The notes under the pieces: generated by a model
Databases searched by the model: none
What the model was told of the DNA's origin: nothing
Seen by the model: only the letters and a program-made list of their open reading frames with translations
DNA from: a virus
Taxonomy: Duplodnaviria; Heunggongvirae; Uroviricota; Caudoviricetes
DNA length: 64,000 nt
Virus record (IMG/VR): IMGVR_UViG_3300041405_000130
Strand: one strand, 5' to 3'
Made by a program: the position numbers and the translations under genes
In this document: piece by piece, positions 8,323 to 18,212 of the stretch
Layout: the number at the start of each line of letters is the position of its first letter
Position numbering within the stretch: the stretch's first letter is position 1

Positions 8323-10233
8323 TTAGTACATCAGACCAGTTGCACCGCCTACCGATGGAGCGTAGACGTTTTGGTTCTGGATGTAGGAAGTTACGTTCGC
8401 TACACCTTGTACGTTCATGCCAGCCAGAGCCATGTTACCCTGGAAGCGCTGACCACCGAATACGGAGCCGACGTTGTCCATGGTTACAGCGATACCAGCT
8501 TTCAGCTGAGCAGCGTCCATAGCAGCAACCAGTTTAGGGTTGATGATGGCACGAGTTACACGACCAGCACTGGTAACGTTACCCAGGTATTGCTTGTCGT
8601 ACTGCTCGGACTTCTTCAGACGAACTTCAGGGTGAACGTTCGGGTTGCACTTGGCAGCGTACCAGTCCATGAACTCTGCAACAACACCGTCGCAAGCGTT
8701 CAGTGCGTACAGGGTATCCAGATCACGACGGTCACGCTTCTCGCCGTTTTCGTCTGGGTAGTAGCCCAGTTGGAAGTCGGTGCCGTATGGACGGAACAGC
8801 CACTCGTTTGCTACGTCGAACACGGAGGTGAAGTTATCACGACCGTACAGGTTGCACAGGATGCGGATCAGGCCAGCTTTAGCAGCTTGCTCGTTTGCAC
8901 CACCCATCGAGTCGATGATCATGGTTTCGATGAACGAGTTATCGCCCATGCGGTCCAGGTCGATCATGATCACTGGGTTCTGTTGTACTTGAGAGAACAT
9001 CAGACCAGCGAAGTCTTGCTCGGTGAAGGTATCGGACTTGGTCTCAACCTTGATACCAGCAGCGGTCAGGTAACCGACAGCGCCGATGTCACGTGGGTCT
9101 TTGATACGACCGATGGTTGGCAGGAACTGCTTAGCCCAGCCTTGACCGTTGGTTGCACGGAAAGCGTTACCCAGCGAGAAGAAGTACATCTCTGGAGTGT
9201 TCGCCATGATCCAACCAGCTTGCTTAACGGCAGTAACTACCAGAGCAGGCATGAATGGAGCAGGTACTGGACCTTGTGGCATGCCGTAGACTTGTTGTAC
9301 TTGCTGTGGCGAGTACTCGAGGTCGGTGAACATTGCTACGGAGTTCAGCTGCGAATCAGCATCGTAGTATTCGTTCTCTTGAACGTTCTGACCTTGCTTC
9401 TTGCGACGCTGCAGAGTTACGACGATGTCGGCACGCTGAGGGATACCAGTGTTCGATTCCATCGGAGTACCGGTGTAGTCGATGGTAGCCGCCAGGATTT
9501 CGTCAGCGGATTGCATGTCGGTAGCCAGGGAGAACGGACGCTCATCGCTCAGGCGAGCCATGGTGTCTTCAACCGAGTTGACTGCTTTGATCAGCAGGTT
9601 GCGAACAACCAGCTTGTCATCGAAATCGAATTCAGCGTGGATTGCTTGTGGACCAGCGTTGTATACGTCAGCGCCTGGGTGACCAGTTACTTGACGAACG
9701 TGAGCAACGATACGCGACCAGTACAGCGGAGTGAAGATGTCGCTGGCGTCTGGCTTGGTTTCGAACTTGTCGAAGGTGCTGAAGCCGTTGGCGATCTGGA
9801 AGGTCTTCGGCTTAACGTTGACCGAGTTGTCGACGATCGGCAGAGCTTTAACCAGGATTGCTGGCTTGCCACGGTTGTCAACCAGTTTCAGAACCAGGAT
9901 CGATGCCATCGCTACTTGATGAGCGGTACGGTCGAAACGGAACAGGTGGAAACCATCGCTCAGGTCTTGCTGTTCAATTGCTTCGGTACGAGCTTCACTG
10001 AATGCAACGAAAGCTTTGGTGGTGCGAGCGTCGTTACCATCGGCACGACCGGAACGGGAGAAGCGGGCGTTCAGAGAACCGATACCGCCGGAAACTGGGA
10101 GAGCTGCTGGTGCTTGCATTTGTTGTGGTGCCTGTGGCTGTTGGGTTTGCGGTGCAACGAACGGTGTTTGGGTTGCTGCTGGTGCTACTGGAGTTTGTGC
10201 TGCAGAAGCTTGGTTTTGCTTGTTAACTGACAT
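8323..10233 (-). CDS. chmA: chimallin (phage nucleus shell protein, ChmA/PhuN)
   Basis: Q/A/P-rich N-terminus then F-SRSG...DAR, QQDL.D.F, NTPEMY, GEKRDRRDLD.L.ALNA, GQRF.GN, all matching recalled 201phi2-1 gp105. Start placed at ATG 10233 (SD AAGGAA) rather than 10281. Confidence 0.92.
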   Translation of the reverse strand: MSVNKQNQASAAQTPVAPAATQTPFVAPQTQQPQAPQQMQAPAALPVSGGIGSLNARFSRSGRADGNDARTTKAFVAFSEARTEAIEQQDLSDGFHLFRFDRTAHQVAMASILVLKLVDNRGKPAILVKALPIVDNSVNVKPKTFQIANGFSTFDKFETKPDASDIFTPLYWSRIVAHVRQVTGHPGADVYNAGPQAIHAEFDFDDKLVVRNLLIKAVNSVEDTMARLSDERPFSLATDMQSADEILAATIDYTGTPMESNTGIPQRADIVVTLQRRKKQGQNVQENEYYDADSQLNSVAMFTDLEYSPQQVQQVYGMPQGPVPAPFMPALVVTAVKQAGWIMANTPEMYFFSLGNAFRATNGQGWAKQFLPTIGRIKDPRDIGAVGYLTAAGIKVETKSDTFTEQDFAGLMFSQVQQNPVIMIDLDRMGDNSFIETMIIDSMGGANEQAAKAGLIRILCNLYGRDNFTSVFDVANEWLFRPYGTDFQLGYYPDENGEKRDRRDLDTLYALNACDGVVAEFMDWYAAKCNPNVHPEVRLKKSEQYDKQYLGNVTSAGRVTRAIINPKLVAAMDAAQLKAGIAVTMDNVGSVFGGQRFQGNMALAGMNVQGVANVTSYIQNQNVYAPSVGGATGLMY

Positions 10234-10307
10234 GCTGCTGTTCCTTTTACGAATTCGCTTTTCTTGATCAAGAAAGGACATTCCATTATCTGGAGAGTGT
10301 CCAAGTA

Positions 10308-10324
10308 GTTATATAGATCTGAGA
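10308..10324 (-). promoter_or_regulatory. early-type promoter motif TCTCAGATCTATATAAC
   Basis: Repeated motif upstream of chimallin. Confidence 0.7.
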
Positions 10325-10508
10325 TTTTTTCGAGTCAGGCAATATAACTACCGCGCAATAAGCGCTAATGTTTCAGACGGGTTTGTCTGCTATATAATAG
10401 CACACAACTAACACTGTTAAGTGAACCCGTCTTGAGTGTGGGCCATACACTTAACCATTCAACTACCTTTCGGCAATCTCCTGTATTAAATGATAGCACT
10501 CAGTATTT

Positions 10509-11954
10509 TTATTCTGGACGTTGAGTCATCTGATCGCGATGACCAGCAAACATCAGGCCACGGGCCGGAGTGGTGCTAGCCGCAAACGGATGAATTGGAG
10601 TTTGATACAGACCAGTGTCACCACCAGCTTGCATGTTTGGAGTTACCCCACCCATGCCCGGTTGGAAACGAGTAACGCCTTGCGCTTGAACAGCAGGAGA
10701 AGCGGTGCGCTGTTTGTTCAGGACGATTGCCGACAGACGATCGAGCAGAACACCAACACGCTCAGAGATTTGCTTCTCTGTGGAGTTTTCTGGTGCGGTA
10801 CGCAGAGCCAGGCCACGCAGATAGTTCAAGCCATCACCGAGGTGAGTAGTGCTCGAATCGTTAGCGAGGCATTCCAGAGCATCATCAACGATGCGCTGCA
10901 TTTTCTCTTCACGAGTAGCTTCTTCTTGACGCTTGGTGTTTTCTTGTTGCGTGATGGTGCGCTCGTTCATTGCTTCAATAGCAGCATTGATTTGAGCGAC
11001 GCCAGTTTGTACTGGGATGTTACGATAAACGATCTGCTTGGCAACAGTGTGTTTGTAGATCGCCAGTTCGAACTCATCGTGGATTGCTTGTGGTACGATG
11101 GTTTCTGGTTTCGCTTGGTACTGCATGAGCTTGGCCAGGCGAGCGATGACACGACGCTGTTGACGCAGGCGTTCTTGACCTTCGTACTTACCGAGGAGTT
11201 CGGTGAGCTGTACCAGGAAAGACGGGATCATTTTGTTGGTGATGTAACCTTGCAGGGTTTCATCTTTTGCAGCTTCTTTGATCTCTTCGGAAATCGGGAA
11301 GACTTGCGGTACTGCTACAGCGCGACCGGCGCCAGCGGATTGACGCAGGATATCTTGCAGGTACTGTGGAACGATACCTTCGTTAGCTTGACGCGGTTGT
11401 GCAGCACGCGCCACACCACTGTTCAGATTGAGGCCGAATTCAGCAGCCAGTTCCGAGTTCAGTTCAGCCAGACCTTCAGCGCCCAACATAGCACCCAGGA
11501 ATTCCATGAAGCCTTCTGGCGATGGATGTTGCGATTTCGTTTGCGACATTGCTTCTTTACCTTTTTCCAGAAGAGATTGTTCAGTCACACGGTTCTGACC
11601 GGTGAGAGCGGGCAGCATGCGCCGTTCAGTTTGAGCAACAGCGCGATCAGCATAACCTGGTGGGTTATACGGATTGTATTCGGCGGAAGCAGAGAGGTTC
11701 AGGCCTGGAGTGGTTTCAGCCAGCATCTTCAGAAGCGGATGATCCAGATTGATCTTACCCGAGTCGTTGCGAGTAGGAGTGCAGCTACCGCAAGCGCAAC
11801 CACTTGAAAAAGAAAGATCAGTTTGGCCGTTATCCATGTTGTTACCCTTTAGCAATGAAAAGAAGTTTTGGTTCAACGATGCTGCTTTTACGAAGTCGGC
11901 TTCTGTGCCACTAAAGCCAATGCTGCGTGCAATTTCGAATGCACTTGGTACCAT
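10509..11954 (-). CDS. hypothetical protein upstream of chimallin (phiKZ gp53-like position)
   Basis: 481-aa ORF with low-complexity and coiled-coil segments. Confidence 0.8.
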   Translation of the reverse strand: MVPSAFEIARSIGFSGTEADFVKAASLNQNFFSLLKGNNMDNGQTDLSFSSGCACGSCTPTRNDSGKINLDHPLLKMLAETTPGLNLSASAEYNPYNPPGYADRAVAQTERRMLPALTGQNRVTEQSLLEKGKEAMSQTKSQHPSPEGFMEFLGAMLGAEGLAELNSELAAEFGLNLNSGVARAAQPRQANEGIVPQYLQDILRQSAGAGRAVAVPQVFPISEEIKEAAKDETLQGYITNKMIPSFLVQLTELLGKYEGQERLRQQRRVIARLAKLMQYQAKPETIVPQAIHDEFELAIYKHTVAKQIVYRNIPVQTGVAQINAAIEAMNERTITQQENTKRQEEATREEKMQRIVDDALECLANDSSTTHLGDGLNYLRGLALRTAPENSTEKQISERVGVLLDRLSAIVLNKQRTASPAVQAQGVTRFQPGMGGVTPNMQAGGDTGLYQTPIHPFAASTTPARGLMFAGHRDQMTQRPE

Positions 11955-11986
11955 CTCGATTTCCTAGGCTGTGTTAATCCAAATCA

Positions 11987-12003
11987 ATGATATAGATTTG
12001 AAA
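11987..12003 (-). promoter_or_regulatory. early-type promoter motif TTTCAAATCTATATCAT
   Basis: Variant of the repeated motif, about 30 nt upstream of ATG 11954. Confidence 0.55.
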
Positions 12004-12024
12004 TTATTTGCAATGGAACTAATC

Positions 12025-13104
12025 ATGTACGCACTCTTCCGAGATGACCCAATTGGTAGCAAGGGGGTCACGTATGATCCCAAACGTCCATACATCCAGC
12101 GCCAAGTGCGGCAACAGATTCAGGACGTAACAAACTACTATCGGCGTTTCCCGAAGATAGTGGACAGCACCAATTTAATTGCAATGATTATTAACCACTT
12201 CGTACTGGAGTTCAGAAGTGACGATGCCATGTGGGCAAAGAAAGTGGAAGACCAAGCTCGTGGTCTGATTCGCACGCTTGGTTTATGCGATGCTATTAAT
12301 AGAGGAAAGATCTTCGAGAACGGTGCAACCCTAGGGCCACAGTGCGAGGAAGTTGTCATTTCTTCTATTGAACGGTTTGATACCAATAACCTTAAGGCTA
12401 AATGGCGCGACCTAAAACCGTTACGTTATTTGTATCATTCGCGCAGTGACATTAACTTGCCCATCATGAACAACAAAACACCAGGCCGTGGCTATGGTGT
12501 ACTGTCAATCAATATTCCCTTGCTGATGGTTCAATACCGGCATTGGGCGTTTCATCACTTCGGTACAACAGAACCCGATGCGGTCAACCTTTACAAGTTC
12601 ATTGGTTCTTACGCTTTGGTCAATTGCTTGGAATCCTATTTGGAGATTGCTTATTTCAATCGGCTATCCCGTATGGCTTACAAGATGCCGACCACACGTT
12701 ATCCATTACCACACCCGTTCTATATACCTGACCTTACACCCGTAACAGACCAGATGGCAAAGAACACTCTAAGTCAACGAGCGATGCGTACAGGCATGAT
12801 CGTAGAACTAGCACAGATGACACCGATGTTGCTATCGGATTCGCTGTACCAGGTCCTCAAGCTGCCTAAGGGGCCAGTTACATTACAGAACGAATGGGCA
12901 TTAGCATTAGCGCGTGTTCCTTTTATCAAATACCTAGTAGACAGCGTTAAACAAGCTCCGAGTTATGATCGGACTCAAACAAACGAAGTCTTACATGAAC
13001 TGCGAGAATCTGTACATTCGCAAGCATTAAAGATGAACGGAAGTTCGCCAATGATGCAACGACTGTTGAAAGATGTAGAAGAGCTAATCCGTGAGTTGAC
13101 ATAA
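12025..13104 (+). CDS. conserved phiKZ-like protein, probable virion structural protein (gp52-like position)
   Basis: Long plus-strand ORF (track start 11971; ATG 12025 preferred) ending at a hairpin terminator. Confidence 0.75.
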   Translation: MYALFRDDPIGSKGVTYDPKRPYIQRQVRQQIQDVTNYYRRFPKIVDSTNLIAMIINHFVLEFRSDDAMWAKKVEDQARGLIRTLGLCDAINRGKIFENGATLGPQCEEVVISSIERFDTNNLKAKWRDLKPLRYLYHSRSDINLPIMNNKTPGRGYGVLSINIPLLMVQYRHWAFHHFGTTEPDAVNLYKFIGSYALVNCLESYLEIAYFNRLSRMAYKMPTTRYPLPHPFYIPDLTPVTDQMAKNTLSQRAMRTGMIVELAQMTPMLLSDSLYQVLKLPKGPVTLQNEWALALARVPFIKYLVDSVKQAPSYDRTQTNEVLHELRESVHSQALKMNGSSPMMQRLLKDVEELIRELT

Positions 13105-13106
13105 GC

Positions 13107-13135
13107 GCCTTCCCCTAGGGGAAGGCTTTATGCTG
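13107..13135. terminator. bidirectional terminator between convergent genes
   Basis: GCCTTCCC-CTAG-GGGAAGGC-TTTATGCTG. Confidence 0.75.
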
Positions 13136-13325
13136 TTAAATAGTCAAACACTCATGTGCTTCATATTCCGGATGGAAGATCCCAGATTGAGGCAACGAAT
13201 GAGCACGGTCCATGGATTCAGAGAACGTACGTTCTTTGTGATTCACCTGAGCCCGTTTGATACCACCCCAGACTTTACCGGCTACAATGCTACCGCTGCC
13301 TGGGCCTTTCTGAAAGCGCCAAGTG

Positions 13326-14231
13326 TCAAGCGGCTTTGGCTTCTTCTTCGATGTACGAACTTTCTGTGGTCGTGGCGTGTGCTTCTTCAACGATATCACC
13401 CTGAGCGATTTGATCGAATTGAGTTTCGGTATCTACGGTTTCGGTAGTAACTGGCTCTTCAACACCTTCGTAAGCAACGTACTCATCAACCTTGGTGTTT
13501 TCCCAATCCACCGAAGTGTTCAGGTCCAAGTCTTGAGTTTCACCAGCGGCTTTGGTGAGGATCATGTAATGCTTGTAGATGAAGTATTCGTACACTTGTT
13601 GCAGGGTACGGGATTCACCTTGAACCGAAGTCATCAGCGTTGGGTTGGCTTCGATGGTGGCTTTCGGGAAGAAGTCATGGCACTTAGTATCTTCTTTAGC
13701 AGCAAAGAATGCTTCCGACTGACGAACACCCAGGATCTCTACCAGTTCTTTCTTAGCCAACTGAGCGGCATGGATCTGGCGAGCTTGTTGTGGGGTACGG
13801 ATCGAATGCGTGTACAGCTTGTTCAGGATGTGTTGGGTTTGTGCTTGACGCTGAGCGTTCTGCAGATATTTCTTCATCTGCTTACCCATGATTTTCTGTT
13901 GCTTCAATTGCTTCTTGGTCAGAGGCTTGATTGGAGTTTGAGTTGCTTCAACAACTTCTTCCAGGGACTCTTTAACAACTTCGTCACCACCCAGTGCAGC
14001 TTTGGCTTCGTCGAATGCACGACGTTGGTTGGTAGTGATGGCGCGTTCTTCAGAAGCAGCCAGGATATCCAGTTGAGCGCTTACGTCTTGCATGTGTCCA
14101 TGTTCCTTGAATATTTGATTTATTACGAAAGAGCCATGTAGTTTGGCTATTTCTTCATTGTGGATTTTTGTAAGGTGTTGGTCCATAGCAGCCCACTCTT
14201 CACCTTCGGATGGTTCGTAATCGTCAGACAT
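13326..14231 (-). CDS. hypothetical protein with acidic C-terminus
   Basis: 301-aa ORF. Confidence 0.75.
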   Translation of the reverse strand: MSDDYEPSEGEEWAAMDQHLTKIHNEEIAKLHGSFVINQIFKEHGHMQDVSAQLDILAASEERAITTNQRRAFDEAKAALGGDEVVKESLEEVVEATQTPIKPLTKKQLKQQKIMGKQMKKYLQNAQRQAQTQHILNKLYTHSIRTPQQARQIHAAQLAKKELVEILGVRQSEAFFAAKEDTKCHDFFPKATIEANPTLMTSVQGESRTLQQVYEYFIYKHYMILTKAAGETQDLDLNTSVDWENTKVDEYVAYEGVEEPVTTETVDTETQFDQIAQGDIVEEAHATTTESSYIEEEAKAA

Positions 14232-14268
14232 CAGAAACCCTTACATTAAATGGGGATAGTCGGTATTA

Positions 14269-14628
14269 TTACCCCTGAAGAAAATTCTTCATGATGATAC
14301 CAGGTTCTACATCAGCAACAGGTACACCAATCACAGTAGCTTTCCAATGGGCGCGCGGGTCAGGTAAATCTTCTTCGTCCCAACCCAGCAGTTCGTATTG
14401 GAGATATTCCTCTACAGTAGTCGGCAGCCCTACGTCTAGGATATTGGACATGTTCTCTTCAAAGGTACTATCTGCACGCCACCGTTCACTTCGGGCAACG
14501 GTAAACAAAGCCTGCTCTTCGCTGGTTGCACATACGACCATTCCTCGGAATTGATCGTAATCTGGCTCATCAGTTCGTTCGAGTTTATACAACAGACGTG
14601 TTAGAGACATTCTATTCCTTGTGGTCAT
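14269..14628 (-). CDS. hypothetical protein
   Basis: 119-aa ORF, SD AAGGA. Confidence 0.7.
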   Translation of the reverse strand: MTTRNRMSLTRLLYKLERTDEPDYDQFRGMVVCATSEEQALFTVARSERWRADSTFEENMSNILDVGLPTTVEEYLQYELLGWDEEDLPDPRAHWKATVIGVPVADVEPGIIMKNFLQG

Positions 14629-14656
14629 AAACCCCTCCCGAGGGAGAGGTCATGAA

Positions 14657-15457
14657 TTAATCGTACTTGCGAACAGTTCGACGGAAGAAAGCTTTCAGAT
14701 ATTCATCATCGGGCTTTTCTATAGCCGGAGCTTGCAGCTTGTTGAATGCCTGCAGCTTTTCCCAGATGAAGTTATCTAATCCAGAAATACGTGGACCTAC
14801 ACGAGTTTCATCCCCAGACATCTTCAGGGTCATCAATTCATCAAGTGCCGCTTGGAGAGCTGGTTCAGGCGAATAGTCCGCTACCAGCTTCTCATATTCG
14901 GTTGGAGGCATCGTTCCATACTTCAATACCCATTCCGCTGCAAACAACGGACGAAGAGCGTAGAAGTATTTCTTGTAGATCACGTCATCATGGTCCCAGA
15001 TAAACCGTTTCCATGTACCTCCAGCGAGGTTCAGGTAATGGTTGAATGCTGCATCTGGGTTGAACTGCTTTAAAGCGAACTTTTCCAGTTCATTGCGTTC
15101 AGGTCGGAACATGTATACCAACGGAGAGCCCAGCCATTCCAAAAGTGCTGGATTGGACTTACGCAACAGGCCCAAGGTTTTACCCAAGGACCATCCACTG
15201 ATATCAAGATCGAATTCAGGAATCTGAGAGTCAATCACGTTTCGTTGCTTGTCAATGTCGAGGTGCCAGTCAATCTTCGGCACGTAAACAAAGCGTACAT
15301 CGAAATCACTGTTATTAGAAGCAAAGCCCCAAGCACGGCTGCCTGACTCACAAGCGTACAAGACAGTTACATTGTAATCTGTCTCGATACGACGAAGTTC
15401 TTTAACCACACGTGCAACGATTTCTTTTGGCAAAGGATGCAGCGTTTCAAAATCCAT
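14657..15457 (-). CDS. RlaP/YcgL-type pol-beta superfamily nucleotidyltransferase (PF10127-like)
   Basis: YACESGSRAWGFAS..SD.DVRFVY, DISGW, LLRKSNPALLEWL.SP, KKYFYALRP motifs. Confidence 0.85.
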   Translation of the reverse strand: MDFETLHPLPKEIVARVVKELRRIETDYNVTVLYACESGSRAWGFASNNSDFDVRFVYVPKIDWHLDIDKQRNVIDSQIPEFDLDISGWSLGKTLGLLRKSNPALLEWLGSPLVYMFRPERNELEKFALKQFNPDAAFNHYLNLAGGTWKRFIWDHDDVIYKKYFYALRPLFAAEWVLKYGTMPPTEYEKLVADYSPEPALQAALDELMTLKMSGDETRVGPRISGLDNFIWEKLQAFNKLQAPAIEKPDDEYLKAFFRRTVRKYD

Positions 15458-17607
15458 TAATAGAAGTCCGAAATCAAACGGGAGTTATTCGCATCGATCA
15501 AGAAGATCCCCAAGGATTCCATGATGAGATAGAACACACCCATGGTGTTAGAGATGATGGTGCGCACGTCAGCTACACGGGTAATCGTTTCCGGTACGCC
15601 CATGTTTTCAACTACAGAAGCAGGAACGTTAACAGAAGTCAAACCTGTTTTCTGATTTGCCAGAGCCCATTCTTTCAGACGCATGCCCAGACGCTTGTCT
15701 TCAATCGAATCGAACCACTCATTCATCTTCGTGCGGTTAGACGCAGTCAAAGAGATTTTGTAGAACGAATACGGTGGTGCAGGAATCTCACCATACGAAG
15801 GACCAAACACATCTTTCCAGAACAGATACTTCTTGTACGTGTCGTTGTCTTCTTCAGACTTGTACGCATTGGATTGTTTGCACTGACCAGTAGTCAGATA
15901 CTCTGCTTTACCAGTACGAACCGAAACGTAGATACTCCGTTCCATGTCAGCAATGTCTTTCAGAATCGACGGCAAGTCAATTGGCTGCTCAGCTTTAACG
16001 CTGTCGATAATGTGACTCATCAGTTTCTTAGCGGCCTTGTTAACAAACGGCTGAACCTTAGAATCTCGTAGACCTACCCCTTTAACTTCCATCCGTGCTT
16101 GTTCGAACATGATACCTTCTACTGCATCTTGCGACGCAAAGTAGTGCTTCGACCGAGTCGTCAATGACAACACAGCAAAGTAGTATTCGTTCTTCATCGC
16201 CAACAGACGAAGTTTATCTTCACCCACACCCATGTTGGCCGATTGAATCGCCAGGATGTGCATTACAACTTCAGATACCAAGAATACCAAACCGAATACC
16301 AAACGCTTAGCTTCAGGCGTAAAGCAGATTCGACCGTGGAACTCTTCAACCCAGAACTGCATGGTGAACATGGTAGAGTCGGTGTCGGAGATTACAGCTG
16401 CACGACGATACGAGTCTTTAAAAGCATGAATCGAATGCGGAATGCACTTAGTCAGGTACAGCGCGTTGATAAGATCACGATGATAGTCCAGACCGTCTAC
16501 AACACCTTTACAGGTAGAGTGCAACAGATCAAAGACCTCAGGGTTCTCTTTCTCCAAACGTTCATCAGAACGACCACGTACTTGTTCAAAGCACAGGAAC
16601 TTGACCAACAGCTTCAAGTCGCCATCACGAATACTGTCATACTCGTCTTTAGTCATTGTGTTCTGATTATCACCAACTTGTGAGATCGATTCTAGGAACC
16701 GACGAGTTGGGATAGGGTTATGCTTGTTCAGGTGATACAGGTCCCCGACGTACATAACTGCAGCTCGTTGCAACGGAGTCATACCCAAAGCCATCTGACG
16801 AATGTGCTGTGTATAGACTCGGTTCTGCCAATAGTTCTTCGTGGAATAAAGAACCATATCCACTACGTCTTCCGCAGATGGATAAACCAACCCATATTTG
16901 TCAACGGCCTTCTGGAGTTTATCCATGTCGGTTAAGTTGATTATAGAAACCAAATTCGCTTTGGTAACTTCTGGGTTGTAATAATGACGGTTGCCCATCA
17001 GGAACTTCTCGTTGTTTGCGTTTGCATACGACGTTGCTGTACGGCAGGTCGAGGTCAACGAAGAGTGTGTAGACTTGTAATACAAAATGGTGGCGGCACT
17101 AACCGTAGCTCCTGAGTAGGAGTTATTGTTAATTTTGAAGTTCTCTTGCTCACCCTTACGGACTTGTGCAAGTTCAAAGTCACCAGCCATCTCAGCATCC
17201 ATCTGCTGACCTTTAACCTTCTTACGGTTCGCAACACCTTCTTTAATATAGATGGCGTGAGTCGATTGACGAACCGATTCTGGTAGGTACGCTGTCAGAG
17301 ATGGAGACAACAGCAAGTTTTGTTTCTCAACCCGTTTTAGGAATCCCATGAACGTAGTTGTTTTCTTCGACCGGTCACCGTTCATGTTCTTGTCAAGAAC
17401 GAATGTCTTCGGATCGATTAGTGGGAACTGGCCAGTTGTACGGAATTGTTCCCGCACCCATTCTGCACACTGTTCGTATGCAGATTGAGTCATGAGTTGC
17501 AAGTACCTTGCGTTGTCAGCAATAGCGCCTTCAATGATATCCAGGTCACGAGCATAGTCGGACGTTGGCAACATAAAAGGGTTTGGTAATTCGGGGAGTG
17601 CCATCAA
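15457..17607 (-). CDS. family B DNA polymerase, polymerase core (phiKZ gp50-like)
   Basis: KINNNSYSG (motif B) and ISDTDS (motif C), KHY and KGV motifs; no exonuclease domain. Confidence 0.9.
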   Translation of the reverse strand: MMALPELPNPFMLPTSDYARDLDIIEGAIADNARYLQLMTQSAYEQCAEWVREQFRTTGQFPLIDPKTFVLDKNMNGDRSKKTTTFMGFLKRVEKQNLLLSPSLTAYLPESVRQSTHAIYIKEGVANRKKVKGQQMDAEMAGDFELAQVRKGEQENFKINNNSYSGATVSAATILYYKSTHSSLTSTCRTATSYANANNEKFLMGNRHYYNPEVTKANLVSIINLTDMDKLQKAVDKYGLVYPSAEDVVDMVLYSTKNYWQNRVYTQHIRQMALGMTPLQRAAVMYVGDLYHLNKHNPIPTRRFLESISQVGDNQNTMTKDEYDSIRDGDLKLLVKFLCFEQVRGRSDERLEKENPEVFDLLHSTCKGVVDGLDYHRDLINALYLTKCIPHSIHAFKDSYRRAAVISDTDSTMFTMQFWVEEFHGRICFTPEAKRLVFGLVFLVSEVVMHILAIQSANMGVGEDKLRLLAMKNEYYFAVLSLTTRSKHYFASQDAVEGIMFEQARMEVKGVGLRDSKVQPFVNKAAKKLMSHIIDSVKAEQPIDLPSILKDIADMERSIYVSVRTGKAEYLTTGQCKQSNAYKSEEDNDTYKKYLFWKDVFGPSYGEIPAPPYSFYKISLTASNRTKMNEWFDSIEDKRLGMRLKEWALANQKTGLTSVNVPASVVENMGVPETITRVADVRTIISNTMGVFYLIMESLGIFLIDANNSRLISDFY

Positions 17608-17640
17608 TACACCTCTGTAGGCGTTGACGGAACCTCAGGA

Positions 17641-17665
17641 AAAAATAGTGCTACCGAAGCAGCAC
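17641..17665 (-). terminator. intrinsic terminator
   Basis: GTGCTGC-TTCG-GTAGCAC-TATTTTT. Confidence 0.7.
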
Positions 17666-17721
17666 TTCAAGAGTATCACATCAACAAACATTCACAGAGT
17701 GTTGGGTTGATGAGTATTATT

Positions 17722-18069
17722 CTATCGTTCCCATACCGCCGAAATCTTTTTCTTGTACAGGTCAGTCAAACCCAACGCGATAACACGCTTCACATCCAGC
17801 ACAGCAAGCTCGTACGGATTATCTAACCAGAACTGACATAGCCGCTCCCGATCTTCTTTGTAGTGTGGAGAAGCGGGCACTGCAACGTACATCTTGCCGC
17901 CGATGCTGATATGAATGGCACGTTCAGCTTCGGTGTTAATGTGCCAATCAATTACCAAACCTTCTAAACGAGAAGGCAGGCGGCCGGTGTGATTGTAAAT
18001 GAACTCGGCCAATTCGTTAGTGGTGAATTTGGTGTCTTGCAACGATACTACTACAGATTTTGCTTCCAT
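17722..18069 (-). CDS. hypothetical protein
   Basis: 115-aa ORF. Confidence 0.7.
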   Translation of the reverse strand: MEAKSVVVSLQDTKFTTNELAEFIYNHTGRLPSRLEGLVIDWHINTEAERAIHISIGGKMYVAVPASPHYKEDRERLCQFWLDNPYELAVLDVKRVIALGLTDLYKKKISAVWER

Positions 18070-18212
18070 TACTTACGACCTTTGCGTTTACGTTTCTTGG
18101 GCATGTGACTTTCTAGTGCACGCATGATAGTTGCGGCCATGGCTTGTTTCTTTTCTAATGCTAGCTCGGCTTTAGACTTACGCCGGAACGGTAGCATGCA
18201 GGGTGGAATCAT
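18069..18212 (-). CDS. small basic ORF (42-47 aa) below the ORF-track cutoff
   Basis: Frame ...MLPFRRKSKAELALEKKQAMAATIMRALESHMPKKRKRKGRK*; its TAA overlaps the ATG of the next gene (TAATG); start uncertain. Confidence 0.4.
   Translation of the reverse strand: MIPPCMLPFRRKSKAELALEKKQAMAATIMRALESHMPKKRKRKGRK

Noticed and set aside
8317-10230. 637-aa plus-strand ORF antisense to chimallin (similar shadows at 10521-11807, 13323-14141, 30142-30879, 37754-39439, 53039-54788)
   Set aside because: These lie exactly opposite well-supported genes, are rich in Val/Leu/Asp/Gln with no motifs, and have no SD or promoter. This is the expected by-product of strong codon bias in highly expressed genes.
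18069-18104. SV40-NLS-like PKKRKRK peptide in a nucleus-forming phage
   Set aside because: Bacteria have no importin system and phage nucleus import uses a different mechanism. The resemblance is treated as coincidental, and only the basic sORF is reported.
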